From positions 1 to 61,822 of IMG/VR virus record IMGVR_UViG_3300036832_000756: a DNA stretch of 61,822 nt; one strand, written 5' to 3'. The notes below the pieces were generated by a model. The model searched no databases, had not been told where the DNA came from, and was given only the letters and a program-made list of their open reading frames with translations. Of the stretch, positions 18,143-28,034 are shown one piece after another. How positions within the stretch are numbered: position 1 is the first letter of the stretch; the number at the start of each line of letters is the position of its first letter. The translations under genes and the position numbers were made by a program. Source of the stretch: a virus. Its lineage: Duplodnaviria; Caudoviricetes.

Positions 18143-19270
18143 ATGTCGCTGAGCATCAAGATCAACGGTGTCTGGACCGACGTTCAGCGACCCTACGTCA
18201 AGCGCAACGACGTGTGGGTGGCGGCCAACGAGGCCTGGATCAAGACCGGCGGGGCCTGGGTACGGGCCTACGAGTACGACGTGATCCCGCCGAACCCGCC
18301 GGAGATCACCCTGGAGGTGGTCGAGGACTTCGACTCCAAGCAGGTGCTGCAGACTCGCTACATCAAGGTGGGCACCCGGCTGCCGGGGGCCTACAACGAC
18401 CCCGACGCCCGGCTGACCCGGGTGCTGACCAACTACTCCGGCAAGCCTCCGCAGACTCAGTTCGGCGGCACCTTCACCTCGACCCCGGACAAGGACTGGA
18501 CCGGCGAGCCGTGGAGCGAGTGGCGCTACAACTCCTACGGCGACCACAACGACACCTCGAACTACACCTACAAGCAGTGGCCGCCCAACGTCTCAGCCGG
18601 GTACACCATCCCGGGCGACAAGGACTACTACTTCGGCGGCTGGTCCCTGGACGACGCCGGCAACTGGTCGGCCGGCAACCAGGCCGTCATCAGCATTCCC
18701 AAGGACTCGATCAAGACCGCCAACATCGTGGTCAAGGAGGCCCGGTTCCAGCCGAACGGGTCGGGCACCTGGCGCAGCGACGGCTACCACAGCGGCGACC
18801 TGATCCAGCAGCAGAATCCACGGGCGTACGGGATCTGGTTCCACGGCAACCAGTTCACCGACTCCATCGGCGCGATGGGTGCGCCCACGATCCGCAGCGC
18901 CCAGATCTACATCCGCCGGGAGGGCAGCGACCAGGACACCGGGACCGGAGGCGCGGCGAACCTCTACCTGTACTGGCACGGCTACGCCACCCTCGCCTCG
19001 CTGCCTGCGGCCGGGACCGGGCTGGACATCCACGATCTCACCAAGATCACCGTGGCCAAGGTGGGTCAGCTGGCCAAGGGCGAGGGCCAGTGGTTCGACC
19101 TGCCCGACGCCTTCAACGACAACCTGAACACCCAGACCAAGGGCATGGGACTGTTCTGGAAGGATCCGGTCAAGGCGGCGGCCGCCCCCAACGACTACTC
19201 GAGGATCGTGGGTACGAGCGAGGCACTGCGCTGCGGCGAGGTGCACGTGGTGTGGGAAGAGAAGCTGTGA
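18143..19270 (+). CDS. minor tail protein
   Basis: IKINGVW..YVKRNDVW..IKTGGAW N-terminal repeats typical of fibre proteins. Confidence 0.65.
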   Translation: MSLSIKINGVWTDVQRPYVKRNDVWVAANEAWIKTGGAWVRAYEYDVIPPNPPEITLEVVEDFDSKQVLQTRYIKVGTRLPGAYNDPDARLTRVLTNYSGKPPQTQFGGTFTSTPDKDWTGEPWSEWRYNSYGDHNDTSNYTYKQWPPNVSAGYTIPGDKDYYFGGWSLDDAGNWSAGNQAVISIPKDSIKTANIVVKEARFQPNGSGTWRSDGYHSGDLIQQQNPRAYGIWFHGNQFTDSIGAMGAPTIRSAQIYIRREGSDQDTGTGGAANLYLYWHGYATLASLPAAGTGLDIHDLTKITVAKVGQLAKGEGQWFDLPDAFNDNLNTQTKGMGLFWKDPVKAAAAPNDYSRIVGTSEALRCGEVHVVWEEKL

Positions 19271-19291
19271 CCAACCGAGAAGGGAACCAAG

Positions 19292-19654
19292 ATGAGTGAG
19301 CAGGACCAGAAGCGCGCCGAGAAGGACCAGCTGCGTCCGCAGGACCAGAAGCGGCCCCAGCAGGAGAACGTCGAGAGCGACGACAGCAGCCAGGTAGTGG
19401 ACTCCGGGGTACCCGGACAGATCCAGTTCCCGGACCGCACCGTCTACGCCGAGCGAGCAGCGGCCTTCGCCGCCGGCAAGGAGGACACGCTGTACCCGCC
19501 CGAGGACGAGCCGGACGACTCCACCCGTCAGGTCTACAACACCCAGGCCGATCCCATCGAGCCCGGGGACGAGACCGGCGAGGAGACCGAGCCGGCCGCG
19601 ATGCGGGGCATGGACACCGACGACGAGGACGACGACCACAGGGACGACAGGTAG
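19292..19654 (+). CDS. acidic hypothetical protein
   Basis: GAAGGGA RBS; Asp/Glu-rich, 120 aa. Confidence 0.7.
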   Translation: MSEQDQKRAEKDQLRPQDQKRPQQENVESDDSSQVVDSGVPGQIQFPDRTVYAERAAAFAAGKEDTLYPPEDEPDDSTRQVYNTQADPIEPGDETGEETEPAAMRGMDTDDEDDDHRDDR

Positions 19655-19657
19655 GTC

Positions 19658-19918
19658 ATGACCGAGCAGCCACGCGACCCGGAGACCGGGCAGTTCACCA
19701 CCGAGGAGCCGGCCGAGGACGAGGAGGAGCTCGAGACCTCCGAGGCCGACGAGGATGAGGCCGACGAGGACGAGGACGAGGTGGACGAGGTGGATGACGA
19801 GGACGAGTCCACGCCCCTGGACTTCGACGGTGACGAGGAGATCGATCCGGACGACTCCGCAGACCCCGGCGGCGGCGGTGCCGGTGAGGCCGACGACGGC
19901 GATCCGGGGGTGAGCTGA
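19658..19918 (+). CDS. extremely acidic hypothetical protein
   Basis: 86 aa with long D/E runs; N-terminal RDPETGQF; TGATG coupling to endolysin. Confidence 0.65.
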   Translation: MTEQPRDPETGQFTTEEPAEDEEELETSEADEDEADEDEDEVDEVDDEDESTPLDFDGDEEIDPDDSADPGGGGAGEADDGDPGVS

Positions 19919-20352
19919 TGCGCCCGGTCAACAAGCCGATCGGGACCCCGTACGGCAGGCGGGGTCCCTACTGGTCCTGTCGCAGAGACAGTCGCGGCTG
20001 GGGGATCCACACCGGCGTGGACTTCCCGGCCCCGATCGGCACCACGGTGATCGCGGCCCGGGGCGGCAAGGTCGTCTACTGCAACCACGGCTCGGCGTTC
20101 GGGAGGCACCAGATCGAGATCGTCCGGGGCGACGGCACCCGGGACTTCTACGCCCACATGAGCAGGCGCAGCGTGCCGAACGGGGCCAGGATCCGGGCCG
20201 GCCGGAAGATCGGCGAGGTCGGGATGGAGGGCAACGTCACCGGTCCGCACCTGCACTTCGAGCGGCACTCGGTGTCGTCCGGCCCGTGGTCGTGCGCGAT
20301 CGTGCGCGACCCGCAGCCCAGCATCGACTTCAAGCCGAAGAAGAGGAAGTAG
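19918..20352 (+). CDS. M23 peptidase endolysin
   Basis: HTGVD, YAHM, GPHLHFE Zn motifs. Confidence 0.88.
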   Translation: MRPVNKPIGTPYGRRGPYWSCRRDSRGWGIHTGVDFPAPIGTTVIAARGGKVVYCNHGSAFGRHQIEIVRGDGTRDFYAHMSRRSVPNGARIRAGRKIGEVGMEGNVTGPHLHFERHSVSSGPWSCAIVRDPQPSIDFKPKKRK

Positions 20353-20363
20353 GGAGCCCCGAG

Positions 20364-20612
20364 ATGACCAACTTCCCACCGAAGGTCCGGCAGACGCTGT
20401 ACCGGATCCAGTACGTCGTCTCGGGCATCATGTTCCTGATCGGAGTCGGCTACGCGGCCTCGACCACCGCGCTCCCGGAGTGGTACGGCGTCGTCACCGC
20501 CGTGCTCTCCGCGCTGTGGACCTACACCGGGATCACCGCGGACCGGAACGTGCCCGCGGTGAGCACGCCCGGCACCCCACCGCAGGGCTACCCGGACCCA
20601 CCGGTGATGTAG
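20364..20612 (+). CDS. holin
   Basis: Two TM helices; PKVRQTLY start; directly after endolysin. Confidence 0.75.
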   Translation: MTNFPPKVRQTLYRIQYVVSGIMFLIGVGYAASTTALPEWYGVVTAVLSALWTYTGITADRNVPAVSTPGTPPQGYPDPPVM

Positions 20613-20614
20613 CC

Positions 20615-20929
20615 ATGCCCATCGGGGTCACCGTCACGGGGTGCTTCACGCGCAACGATCGTCCGGTCCAGGGCCTGGTCCGGTTCGTACCGGAGCGGCT
20701 CTGGGTGATCGAGGGTGGGATCACCTGGGCCTGCCTGGCACCGATGGTGCTGCTGGACGGCGGTGGCCGGTTCGAGGTCAAGCTGACCCCCACCGACGCC
20801 GACAGCGTGCCCTGGTGGTACATCGTGGAGACCCCGGTCCGGGCCTGGCGGTTCCGGGTCTACAAGGGCCGGGATACCGTCGGCCTGAAGGAGCTGCTGG
20901 GTGAGCATCATCCTCGGCCGCGGCCCTAA
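20615..20929 (+). CDS. hypothetical protein (tail-protein N-terminal-like domain)
   Basis: VTVTG...GLVRFVP...LDGGGRFEVKL...WWYIVE. Confidence 0.55.
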   Translation: MPIGVTVTGCFTRNDRPVQGLVRFVPERLWVIEGGITWACLAPMVLLDGGGRFEVKLTPTDADSVPWWYIVETPVRAWRFRVYKGRDTVGLKELLGEHHPRPRP

Positions 20930-22403
20930 GACAGACGATGAGCTGTACCAGCTGGTCAAGACCATGTGGGGGATTACGATCCCGAGGCACAAGGTCTGCA
21001 GCGACCACGACGCGCCCTTCGACGCCTTCGCCGAGGCCTACTTCCGGCGGCGCTCCTCGATCCTGATCCACGGCTCCCGAGGCCTGTCCGGCAAGTCCCG
21101 GCTGATGTCGATCCTCGGGCTGACCGTGGCCAGCGTGCTGGGCAGCGACGTGAACATCGTGGGCGGCTCACTGAACCAGTCGATCAACATCCACAACACC
21201 ATCCGCAACGCCTGGGAGAACGAGCAGGCCCCGCACTACCTGGTCAAGGAGGAGACCGCCACCCGGATCAAGCTGACCAACAAGGCGGTGATCATGCCGC
21301 TGACCGCCTCCCAGAAGTCCGTGCGTGGCCCGCACCCGCCGTCCCTGCTCCTGGACGAGATCGATGAGATGGAGCTGGCCATCTTCGATGCCTCGCTCGG
21401 CCAGCCGATGCCCCAGGAGAACTGGAAGGGCGACATCATCCGGCCGATGACCGTGATGACCTCGACCTGGCAGTACCCGGACAAGACCTTCGCCGAGGTC
21501 CAGCAGCGCTTCATCGACGCCGACGAGCACATCTACCGCTGGTGCTACCTGGACACCGCCAACCCGATCGACGGCTGGCTGGACCAGGAGACCATCGACC
21601 AGAAGAAGCGCGAGATCCCGGCCGAGATGTGGCGGGTGGAGTACGACCTCGGCGAGCCCTCGATCGGCAACCGCGCCATCGACTCCGAGGCGGTGGAGAA
21701 GATGTTCTCCCTGCCCGAGACCGCGATCGCCCAGACCGTGAGCAAGGAGCGCCAGGTCTACCGGTTCTCCGACCCGAAGTCAGACCGGGAGTACGTGATC
21801 GGCGCGGACTGGGCGCAGTCCCAGGACTGGACGGTGATCACGGTGGCCGACGTGACCTTCTCCCCGGCCCGGGTGGTGCACTGGACCCGGATGCGCCGGC
21901 ATCCCTACCCGGTGATGATCGGGGCCTTCAACAAGCTGATGAAGGAGTACAACGCCGAGGGCATCCACGACGCCACCGGCCTGGGCGCGGTGGTGGCCGA
22001 CTACATCGACCGGCGGGCCCGCGGCTTCCTGATGACCGGGGAGAAGCGGGACAACATGCTGAGCGAGTACATCTCAGCGATCGAGAACGGCAAGTGGCTG
22101 GCTCCCCGGGTCCCGGTCTTCTACAAGAACCACCTCTACGCCTCGGTGGAGCAGATCTACGCCCGCGGCAAGGAGTACCACCTGCCCGACGAGATCTGCT
22201 CGATGGCGCTGTGCTGGCGGCTGGTCTCCAAGCGGGCCATCCCCGCGCTGCCGATCGTGCTGGCCGGGAACAACGACCCGTCCTGGATCGAGCGGGAGAT
22301 GCAGGAGAACGCCGACGCCAAGCGCAAGCCCGGCCACTGGGTGGTGGGCAGCGTGCAGAACAAGTCCAACCAGACCGCCGAGGAGTTCGATCTGATGGTC
22401 TGA
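20901..22403 (+). CDS. terL: terminase large subunit
   Basis: GSRGLSGKS Walker A, LLLDEIDE Walker B, IGADWAQSQDWT RNase H-like nuclease; precedes portal. Confidence 0.9.
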   Translation: MSIILGRGPKTDDELYQLVKTMWGITIPRHKVCSDHDAPFDAFAEAYFRRRSSILIHGSRGLSGKSRLMSILGLTVASVLGSDVNIVGGSLNQSINIHNTIRNAWENEQAPHYLVKEETATRIKLTNKAVIMPLTASQKSVRGPHPPSLLLDEIDEMELAIFDASLGQPMPQENWKGDIIRPMTVMTSTWQYPDKTFAEVQQRFIDADEHIYRWCYLDTANPIDGWLDQETIDQKKREIPAEMWRVEYDLGEPSIGNRAIDSEAVEKMFSLPETAIAQTVSKERQVYRFSDPKSDREYVIGADWAQSQDWTVITVADVTFSPARVVHWTRMRRHPYPVMIGAFNKLMKEYNAEGIHDATGLGAVVADYIDRRARGFLMTGEKRDNMLSEYISAIENGKWLAPRVPVFYKNHLYASVEQIYARGKEYHLPDEICSMALCWRLVSKRAIPALPIVLAGNNDPSWIEREMQENADAKRKPGHWVVGSVQNKSNQTAEEFDLMV

Positions 22404-22430
22404 GGGTGACAGCCTCGGGAGACTGAGGGT

Positions 22431-24320
22431 ATGGCAGACCAGCGGCTTCCCCAGGGTGACATCTCCACCTGGGACGAGGACAACGCCGGCGACGAGATCC
22501 CCACGCGCTTCGGGCCGATGTCCGAGCTCGGGGTCACCGGCGTCAAGCGGGTCTCCGGCTACATCGATGAGGAGTTCCTGCCCGCGCTGCGCGGTCGCAA
22601 GGCGGTCCGGGTCTTCCGGGAGATGTCGCTGAACGACTCGATGGTCGGCGCGATGCTGTTCAGCATCGACAAGCTGATCCGCGAGGTGGAGTGGAAGGTG
22701 CTGCCCGCCGACCAGTCCCAGGAGAACGTGCTGGCCCAGGAGTTCCTGGAGAGCTGCATGGACGACATGAACGAGCCCTGGGACGCCTTCATCGGCGAGG
22801 TGCTGTCCATGCTCACCTACGGCTGGTCCTGGCACGAGATCGTCTACAAGCGCCGGCTGGGCCCCTGGGAGAAGGACCCGAGGCGGCGCTCGAAGTACTC
22901 CGACGGGCTGATCGGCTGGCGGAAGATGCCGATCCGCGCCCAGGAGACCCTGATGCGCTGGTCCTTCGATGAGACCGGCGGGATCCGGGCGCTGGTGCAG
23001 ATGGCTCCGCCCAAGTACCAGACCACGGTGATCCCGATCGAGAAGAGCGTGCTGTTCCGCACCGCGGTGGCCAAGGGCAACCCGGAGGGCATCTCGATGC
23101 TCCGGACCGCCTACCGGCCCTGGTACTTCAAGAAGCGCCTGGAGGAGTTCGAGGCGATCGGTGTGGAGCGGGACCTGGCCGGCATGCCGGTAGGAAGGGT
23201 CCCTGCGGACTACCTGACGGCGGCCACGGGCACTCCACAGGCCAAGACCGTGGATGCCTTCCGGAAGATGGTCCGTGGGGTTCGCCGGGACGAGAACGAG
23301 GGCCTGGTGCTGCCCACCCAGTACGACCCGGACACCAAGCAGCCGCTGTTCGACTTCGAGCTGATGAGCTCGGGCGGCACCCGGCAGTTCGACACCAACT
23401 CGATCATCAGCCGCTACGAGCAGCGGATCCTGATGAGCGTGCTGGCCGACTTCATCCTGGTCGGGCACGAGTCCACCGGCTCCTACAGCCTGCACACCGA
23501 CAAGACCGGCATCTTCCGCTCGGCCCTGAACGCCTTCGCCAAGGGGATCGCCGACACCCTGAACCGGTACGTGGTGCCCCGGCTGTTCGCGGTGAACGGC
23601 TGGAAGCTGGACCAGCTGCCCCGGTTCGAGCCCACCAACGTCGATCCCCCGGCCCTGGACCAGCTGGCCGCCTTCATCTCCGCCACCGCCGGTGCCGGCA
23701 TGCAGTGGTTCCCGGACCCGGAGCTGGAGAAGTACATCCGCGAGATCGCCCGGCTCCCGGAGATGACCGATGAGGACGTGGACTACAAGCGGGCCATGTA
23801 CCAGCAGCAGCAGGCCACCGAGTTCGCCGGCGGCCAGATGGAGCTGCTGGGCATGAAGCAGAAGGCCGAGCTGACCGCCCAGGGGCTGAGCCCGGAGCAG
23901 GCCCAGATGCACTCCGAGCAGCCCACCGCGGAGATGCAGCAGCAGTACGCGGTGGACGGGGCCAACTCCGAGCAGGAGGGCGAGGCCGCCCGACGGCTGC
24001 ACCCGGTGGGACAGGCCGACCAGGCCGACGCCCAGATGCAGATGCAGATCGAGCAGTCCCGGGAGGAGATGAAGAACGCCCCGCCCCCGGCGGACCCGAA
24101 CGAGGACAAGCGGTTCGCCCGCGAGAAGCAGAAGTCCGACCAGGACGAGAAGTACGCTGCTGTGGGCCACAAGCGGGAGACCGAGAAGATGAAGCTCGCC
24201 GACCAGCTGGCCGAGCGCAAGCACAACCGGGACATCGCGGTGCTGCGCGAGAAGAAGAAGCAGATCGGCCGGCCGGACCGGCGGGTCGCGAAGAAGCCGC
24301 CGCCGAAGAAGGGGAAGTAG
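22431..24320 (+). CDS. portal protein
   Basis: Follows terL; GNPEGISMLR..YRPWYFK, GSYSL, LFAVNGW portal-like motifs; long charged C-tail. Confidence 0.85.
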   Translation: MADQRLPQGDISTWDEDNAGDEIPTRFGPMSELGVTGVKRVSGYIDEEFLPALRGRKAVRVFREMSLNDSMVGAMLFSIDKLIREVEWKVLPADQSQENVLAQEFLESCMDDMNEPWDAFIGEVLSMLTYGWSWHEIVYKRRLGPWEKDPRRRSKYSDGLIGWRKMPIRAQETLMRWSFDETGGIRALVQMAPPKYQTTVIPIEKSVLFRTAVAKGNPEGISMLRTAYRPWYFKKRLEEFEAIGVERDLAGMPVGRVPADYLTAATGTPQAKTVDAFRKMVRGVRRDENEGLVLPTQYDPDTKQPLFDFELMSSGGTRQFDTNSIISRYEQRILMSVLADFILVGHESTGSYSLHTDKTGIFRSALNAFAKGIADTLNRYVVPRLFAVNGWKLDQLPRFEPTNVDPPALDQLAAFISATAGAGMQWFPDPELEKYIREIARLPEMTDEDVDYKRAMYQQQQATEFAGGQMELLGMKQKAELTAQGLSPEQAQMHSEQPTAEMQQQYAVDGANSEQEGEAARRLHPVGQADQADAQMQMQIEQSREEMKNAPPPADPNEDKRFAREKQKSDQDEKYAAVGHKRETEKMKLADQLAERKHNRDIAVLREKKKQIGRPDRRVAKKPPPKKGK

Positions 24321-27300
24321 ATGCCCTACGCGAGCAAGGCGCAGCGTGGCTACCTGCACGCCCACCCCGAGATCACCGACAAGAAGGGCCACCCGGTGGC
24401 CGCCAAGTGGGACGCCGAGATCCGCCGGCGGAAGCGGGTGGCGAAGGCCAAGGCCCCCGGCTGGCTGCAGCCGCTGGCCATCGGCACCGCCGGTGGCGCG
24501 CTGGCCAACCAGCTCCCCTCGTTCGAGGAGCAGGCCCGGCTGCGGGAGAACCGGCGTCGCCGGAAGTCGGCTGCCAAGGCGAATGTGAAGAAGAACTATT
24601 CACCACCGGTCTGGCCCGATGACGGCTACTTCAACGCCCGGGCGGCCCAGCAGGCCTACGACCTGGTGATGAAGATGGACGACGACACCGCCGAGATGTT
24701 CACCACCATCGTGGTCGGCGACATCCTGGAGGGCGACATCGAGGCCAACCAGCGCACCCTGCAGAAGCACCTGAACGAGGTGGTGGCCAAGCGGATCACC
24801 GACCTGAAGCGGGCCACGCTGCGGGCGGTCAGCAAGTCCGGGGGCGACTCCGCCGAGCAGGTCGCCTTCGCCCAGGCGCTGGCCGTGCTCGAGCGGCTGG
24901 TGAGCAAGGCCGACGACGACTTCAAGTGGGACCCGAAGGCGCACCCGCGCGGCGGGGTCAACCCCGGCTGGTTCCGCAGCAGCGTCAGCCACACCCAGCA
25001 GAAGCCGCTGCATCCCAAGACCGCGGAGACGATCGGGATCAAGCGCCATCCCGCCCACCAGGACATGAACGACAAGCAGCGGGCCCAGTACCAGGACGAG
25101 TACCGGCAGCTGAAGGGCTTCCTGGACCAGGCCTACCAGGCCAGCCCCAACCCCGGCGACACCAAGATCCAGCTGCACTTCCGCGACCACGACGGCACCC
25201 AGTACGCCGAGGAGCACCCGGGGACCAGGCCGAAGCCGAAGATGCTGGACCCCCGGGAGCGGACCCTGGTCGGGATGAGTGCGCAGCCAGCGGGGCTGAC
25301 CCTGGGCGGGGCTGCGTTCGGGCTGACCTCGGCCCTGGGCGGGAGCATGTCGCCGGGGGTGATGGGCGGGCTCAACACCGCCGGGCAGAAGCTGCCGGAC
25401 TTCGCCGAGAACTGGACCAAGGCAGGCAGTGGGGCGAACAGCAACGAGCGTCTCTACAACCGGCTGGAGACCGGGAGCGGGCTGCTGCGCGACCTGACCC
25501 CGAACGGCTCCAAGGCGAACCTGGCCGGGCACGTGGGCAACTTCGTGGGCTCCTACGGCCCGCAGGCCGAGGCCGTGATCGGCCCGCCGGCGCGTCGGAC
25601 CGCCTACCGGTACCGGGGCACCGAGAAGAAGCCGGACCCGCAGATGGTGGCGGCCTACGAGACCGCGATCCGCAACTCGATGGGCAACCGCGGCCGGAAC
25701 GTGGAGGACGACGCGATCACCCGGCGCGCCCAGAACCGGGCGATCGAGGCCAAGCGGAGGGAGGTCGCGGACGCCACCAAGACCCCGGTGGAGGCGGTCC
25801 GGCTGACCGCCGACGAGCGGGTCGAGGCGATGAACTCGGCTCGCAGCGAGCGGAGGGCGGCCTCGACCAGCCCGAACCCGACGTTCACAGAGCAGCAGGG
25901 AGCCGCCGCCGAGATCGCCGCCTACCTGGGACGGTCGGCCGACGACCCCCGAGGCGGGGCAGCCCCCAGAAGGGGGCTGTACAACCTGCAGCTGGCCAGC
26001 GGGAACACCCCGCCGTCCGAGGGCGTGATCCTGGATCGGAACGGCAAGATCGTCACCCAGGCGATCGGCTACGGCGACGACCACTACCTGCCGTTCAACC
26101 TGAAGAACCTCAAGGGCCTGAAGGGCGGCTCCTACATCCGCAACCGCTCGGTGGGCGGGCTGACCAGCGAGGACATCTACACCGGGCTGGTCAGCGGGGC
26201 GCGCTCGGTCACGGTGGTCTCGAGGTCGGGCACCTTCACCATGGAGTTCGAGCCGGACTTCCGAGGCGGGCGTCGGCACAACGACAAGGCGCGCCGGATG
26301 ACCCGGCGCTACGAGCAGATCCTGGACGCGGTGCAGTCCGAGCAGGTGGAGCGCCAGGGGATCATGCCGGAGACGCGCCGGGCGATCGCCGACAAGGTGC
26401 GGGCCGAGGCCGAGAACAACCCGCTGATGGGTCCGAATGTCATCCGGGCGGAGGTGAACCGCCGGATCGAGGAGTACAAGGCCAACCCGGAGATCGAGCC
26501 CGAGGACGAAGAGTACTTGGACTTCATGACCAACTACCAGACCGCCGGGATGGCCCTCGACAGCCCCGAGCGGAATGCCATCAAGAGCAACCTGCGCAAC
26601 CAGATGGCTGCGGAGAAGGAGCTGAAGTTCCGACTGAACGGCGACGGCTACGCGGCTGCCCTGGAGGGGCTGCGCGAGCAGTTCCCCTACTACATCAAGG
26701 TCCGCTCGGAGCCGACGAAGGAGGGGAAGTTCGAGCGGGAGCCGGACCTGGGCTACGTGGAGCCGGACAAGATCCGTCCCACCGCCGCAGCCGCCGGTCT
26801 GTTCGGTGCCAAGCGCCAGCACCAGTACCAGAGCAGCCCGGGGAAGATCTCGGCTGCCGAGGCCGACTACGCCGGCGGTGCGCCGCGTCGTGCTGCTCCT
26901 GCGCCTGCGGCTCCGGCCGCCGAGGCTCCGGAGGGCGAGACCACGGCCACGCCCGAGGGCACGGCCGAGAAGACCAAGGCCGCCAAGCCCGAGACTCTGG
27001 ACCCGGTGTCCCAGGCCGGGTACGCCGACAAGGCGGTGACCGTCCAGCAGGCGATCAAGTCCGAGGTCGCCTTCGCGCCGGGCAGCGTGGTCCCGCCCTG
27101 GGTGAGGATGGACGAGGACCAGTTCCGCGCCCACCTGCGGGACAAGGACAACCTGACCAGGTTCGACCAGTGGATCTCCCAGCACCAGGAGATGCTGGCC
27201 TCCGACCCCGAGGTGGACAAGACCCTGCTGGGCTACCACCAGGCGGCGGGCCGGATCGGGCAGAAGATGTACGAGCCCGCCCTGAACCAGGAGTGGCGGC

Positions 27301-28034
27301 CCAAGCCCTACCGGTTCCCCGACGAGAGCAAGGCCTATCGCCCCGAGGCCACGACCGCCGAGCGGCAGGCCGAGCTGAAGCGGATCGGAGCGAACGCGGT
27401 CGGGGTGGTCAGCCTCAAGCCGGTGGCGTCGATGAGCGATGCCGAGCTGCAGGCCGAGGTGGCGGGGGTGGCCGGGGTCCGGCGGAAGCTGGGCAGCCTG
27501 GAGGGTGCTCCCGACTTCGAGGACATGAAGACGCTGCTCACCGGGATCAACCGGGACTCGCCCACCCTGGCAAGCGTGTTCCGGGACGCGACGAACGACC
27601 CGAAGGGGATGGACGACTACCTGGAGATGGTCCACCGGACCAGAGCGGTCAACCAGGCGGTGCCGAGCGCGGAGCGTGGTGCGGCTCCGGCGCAGGAGGA
27701 GGTGGTCCACAACCCGATCACCGAGAAGGAGAACACCGTCAAGCCGCTGCTGGAGAAGATGGAGCGGATCAAGTATCTGACCGACCACACCATGAGGCTC
27801 CATGCCGAGGGCACTCCCGAGCGCAAGCGGCTGCAGCACCTGCGCGACGACCTCGGGCTGATCGAGGACGAGGACGGCACCGGAGCCGACGAGCTGATCG
27901 GCATGTCGGACGCCCATCCGGAGGCGGTCGATCTGATCCTGCACGCCCTGCACACCGGTGATGTGCAGGACTGGCAACCGGCACCGGAGCCGGAGCGGGT
28001 ACCGGTACCGCGTAGTGGTCCGATCCTGTCGTGA
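24321..28034 (+). CDS. large putative internal head (poly)protein with degenerate JAB/MPN-like domain
   Basis: 1237 aa between portal and MuF; MPYASKAQRGYLHAHPE N-motif, HPRGG motif, several hydrophobic-x-K sites. Confidence 0.7.
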   Translation: MPYASKAQRGYLHAHPEITDKKGHPVAAKWDAEIRRRKRVAKAKAPGWLQPLAIGTAGGALANQLPSFEEQARLRENRRRRKSAAKANVKKNYSPPVWPDDGYFNARAAQQAYDLVMKMDDDTAEMFTTIVVGDILEGDIEANQRTLQKHLNEVVAKRITDLKRATLRAVSKSGGDSAEQVAFAQALAVLERLVSKADDDFKWDPKAHPRGGVNPGWFRSSVSHTQQKPLHPKTAETIGIKRHPAHQDMNDKQRAQYQDEYRQLKGFLDQAYQASPNPGDTKIQLHFRDHDGTQYAEEHPGTRPKPKMLDPRERTLVGMSAQPAGLTLGGAAFGLTSALGGSMSPGVMGGLNTAGQKLPDFAENWTKAGSGANSNERLYNRLETGSGLLRDLTPNGSKANLAGHVGNFVGSYGPQAEAVIGPPARRTAYRYRGTEKKPDPQMVAAYETAIRNSMGNRGRNVEDDAITRRAQNRAIEAKRREVADATKTPVEAVRLTADERVEAMNSARSERRAASTSPNPTFTEQQGAAAEIAAYLGRSADDPRGGAAPRRGLYNLQLASGNTPPSEGVILDRNGKIVTQAIGYGDDHYLPFNLKNLKGLKGGSYIRNRSVGGLTSEDIYTGLVSGARSVTVVSRSGTFTMEFEPDFRGGRRHNDKARRMTRRYEQILDAVQSEQVERQGIMPETRRAIADKVRAEAENNPLMGPNVIRAEVNRRIEEYKANPEIEPEDEEYLDFMTNYQTAGMALDSPERNAIKSNLRNQMAAEKELKFRLNGDGYAAALEGLREQFPYYIKVRSEPTKEGKFEREPDLGYVEPDKIRPTAAAAGLFGAKRQHQYQSSPGKISAAEADYAGGAPRRAAPAPAAPAAEAPEGETTATPEGTAEKTKAAKPETLDPVSQAGYADKAVTVQQAIKSEVAFAPGSVVPPWVRMDEDQFRAHLRDKDNLTRFDQWISQHQEMLASDPEVDKTLLGYHQAAGRIGQKMYEPALNQEWRPKPYRFPDESKAYRPEATTAERQAELKRIGANAVGVVSLKPVASMSDAELQAEVAGVAGVRRKLGSLEGAPDFEDMKTLLTGINRDSPTLASVFRDATNDPKGMDDYLEMVHRTRAVNQAVPSAERGAAPAQEEVVHNPITEKENTVKPLLEKMERIKYLTDHTMRLHAEGTPERKRLQHLRDDLGLIEDEDGTGADELIGMSDAHPEAVDLILHALHTGDVQDWQPAPEPERVPVPRSGPILS

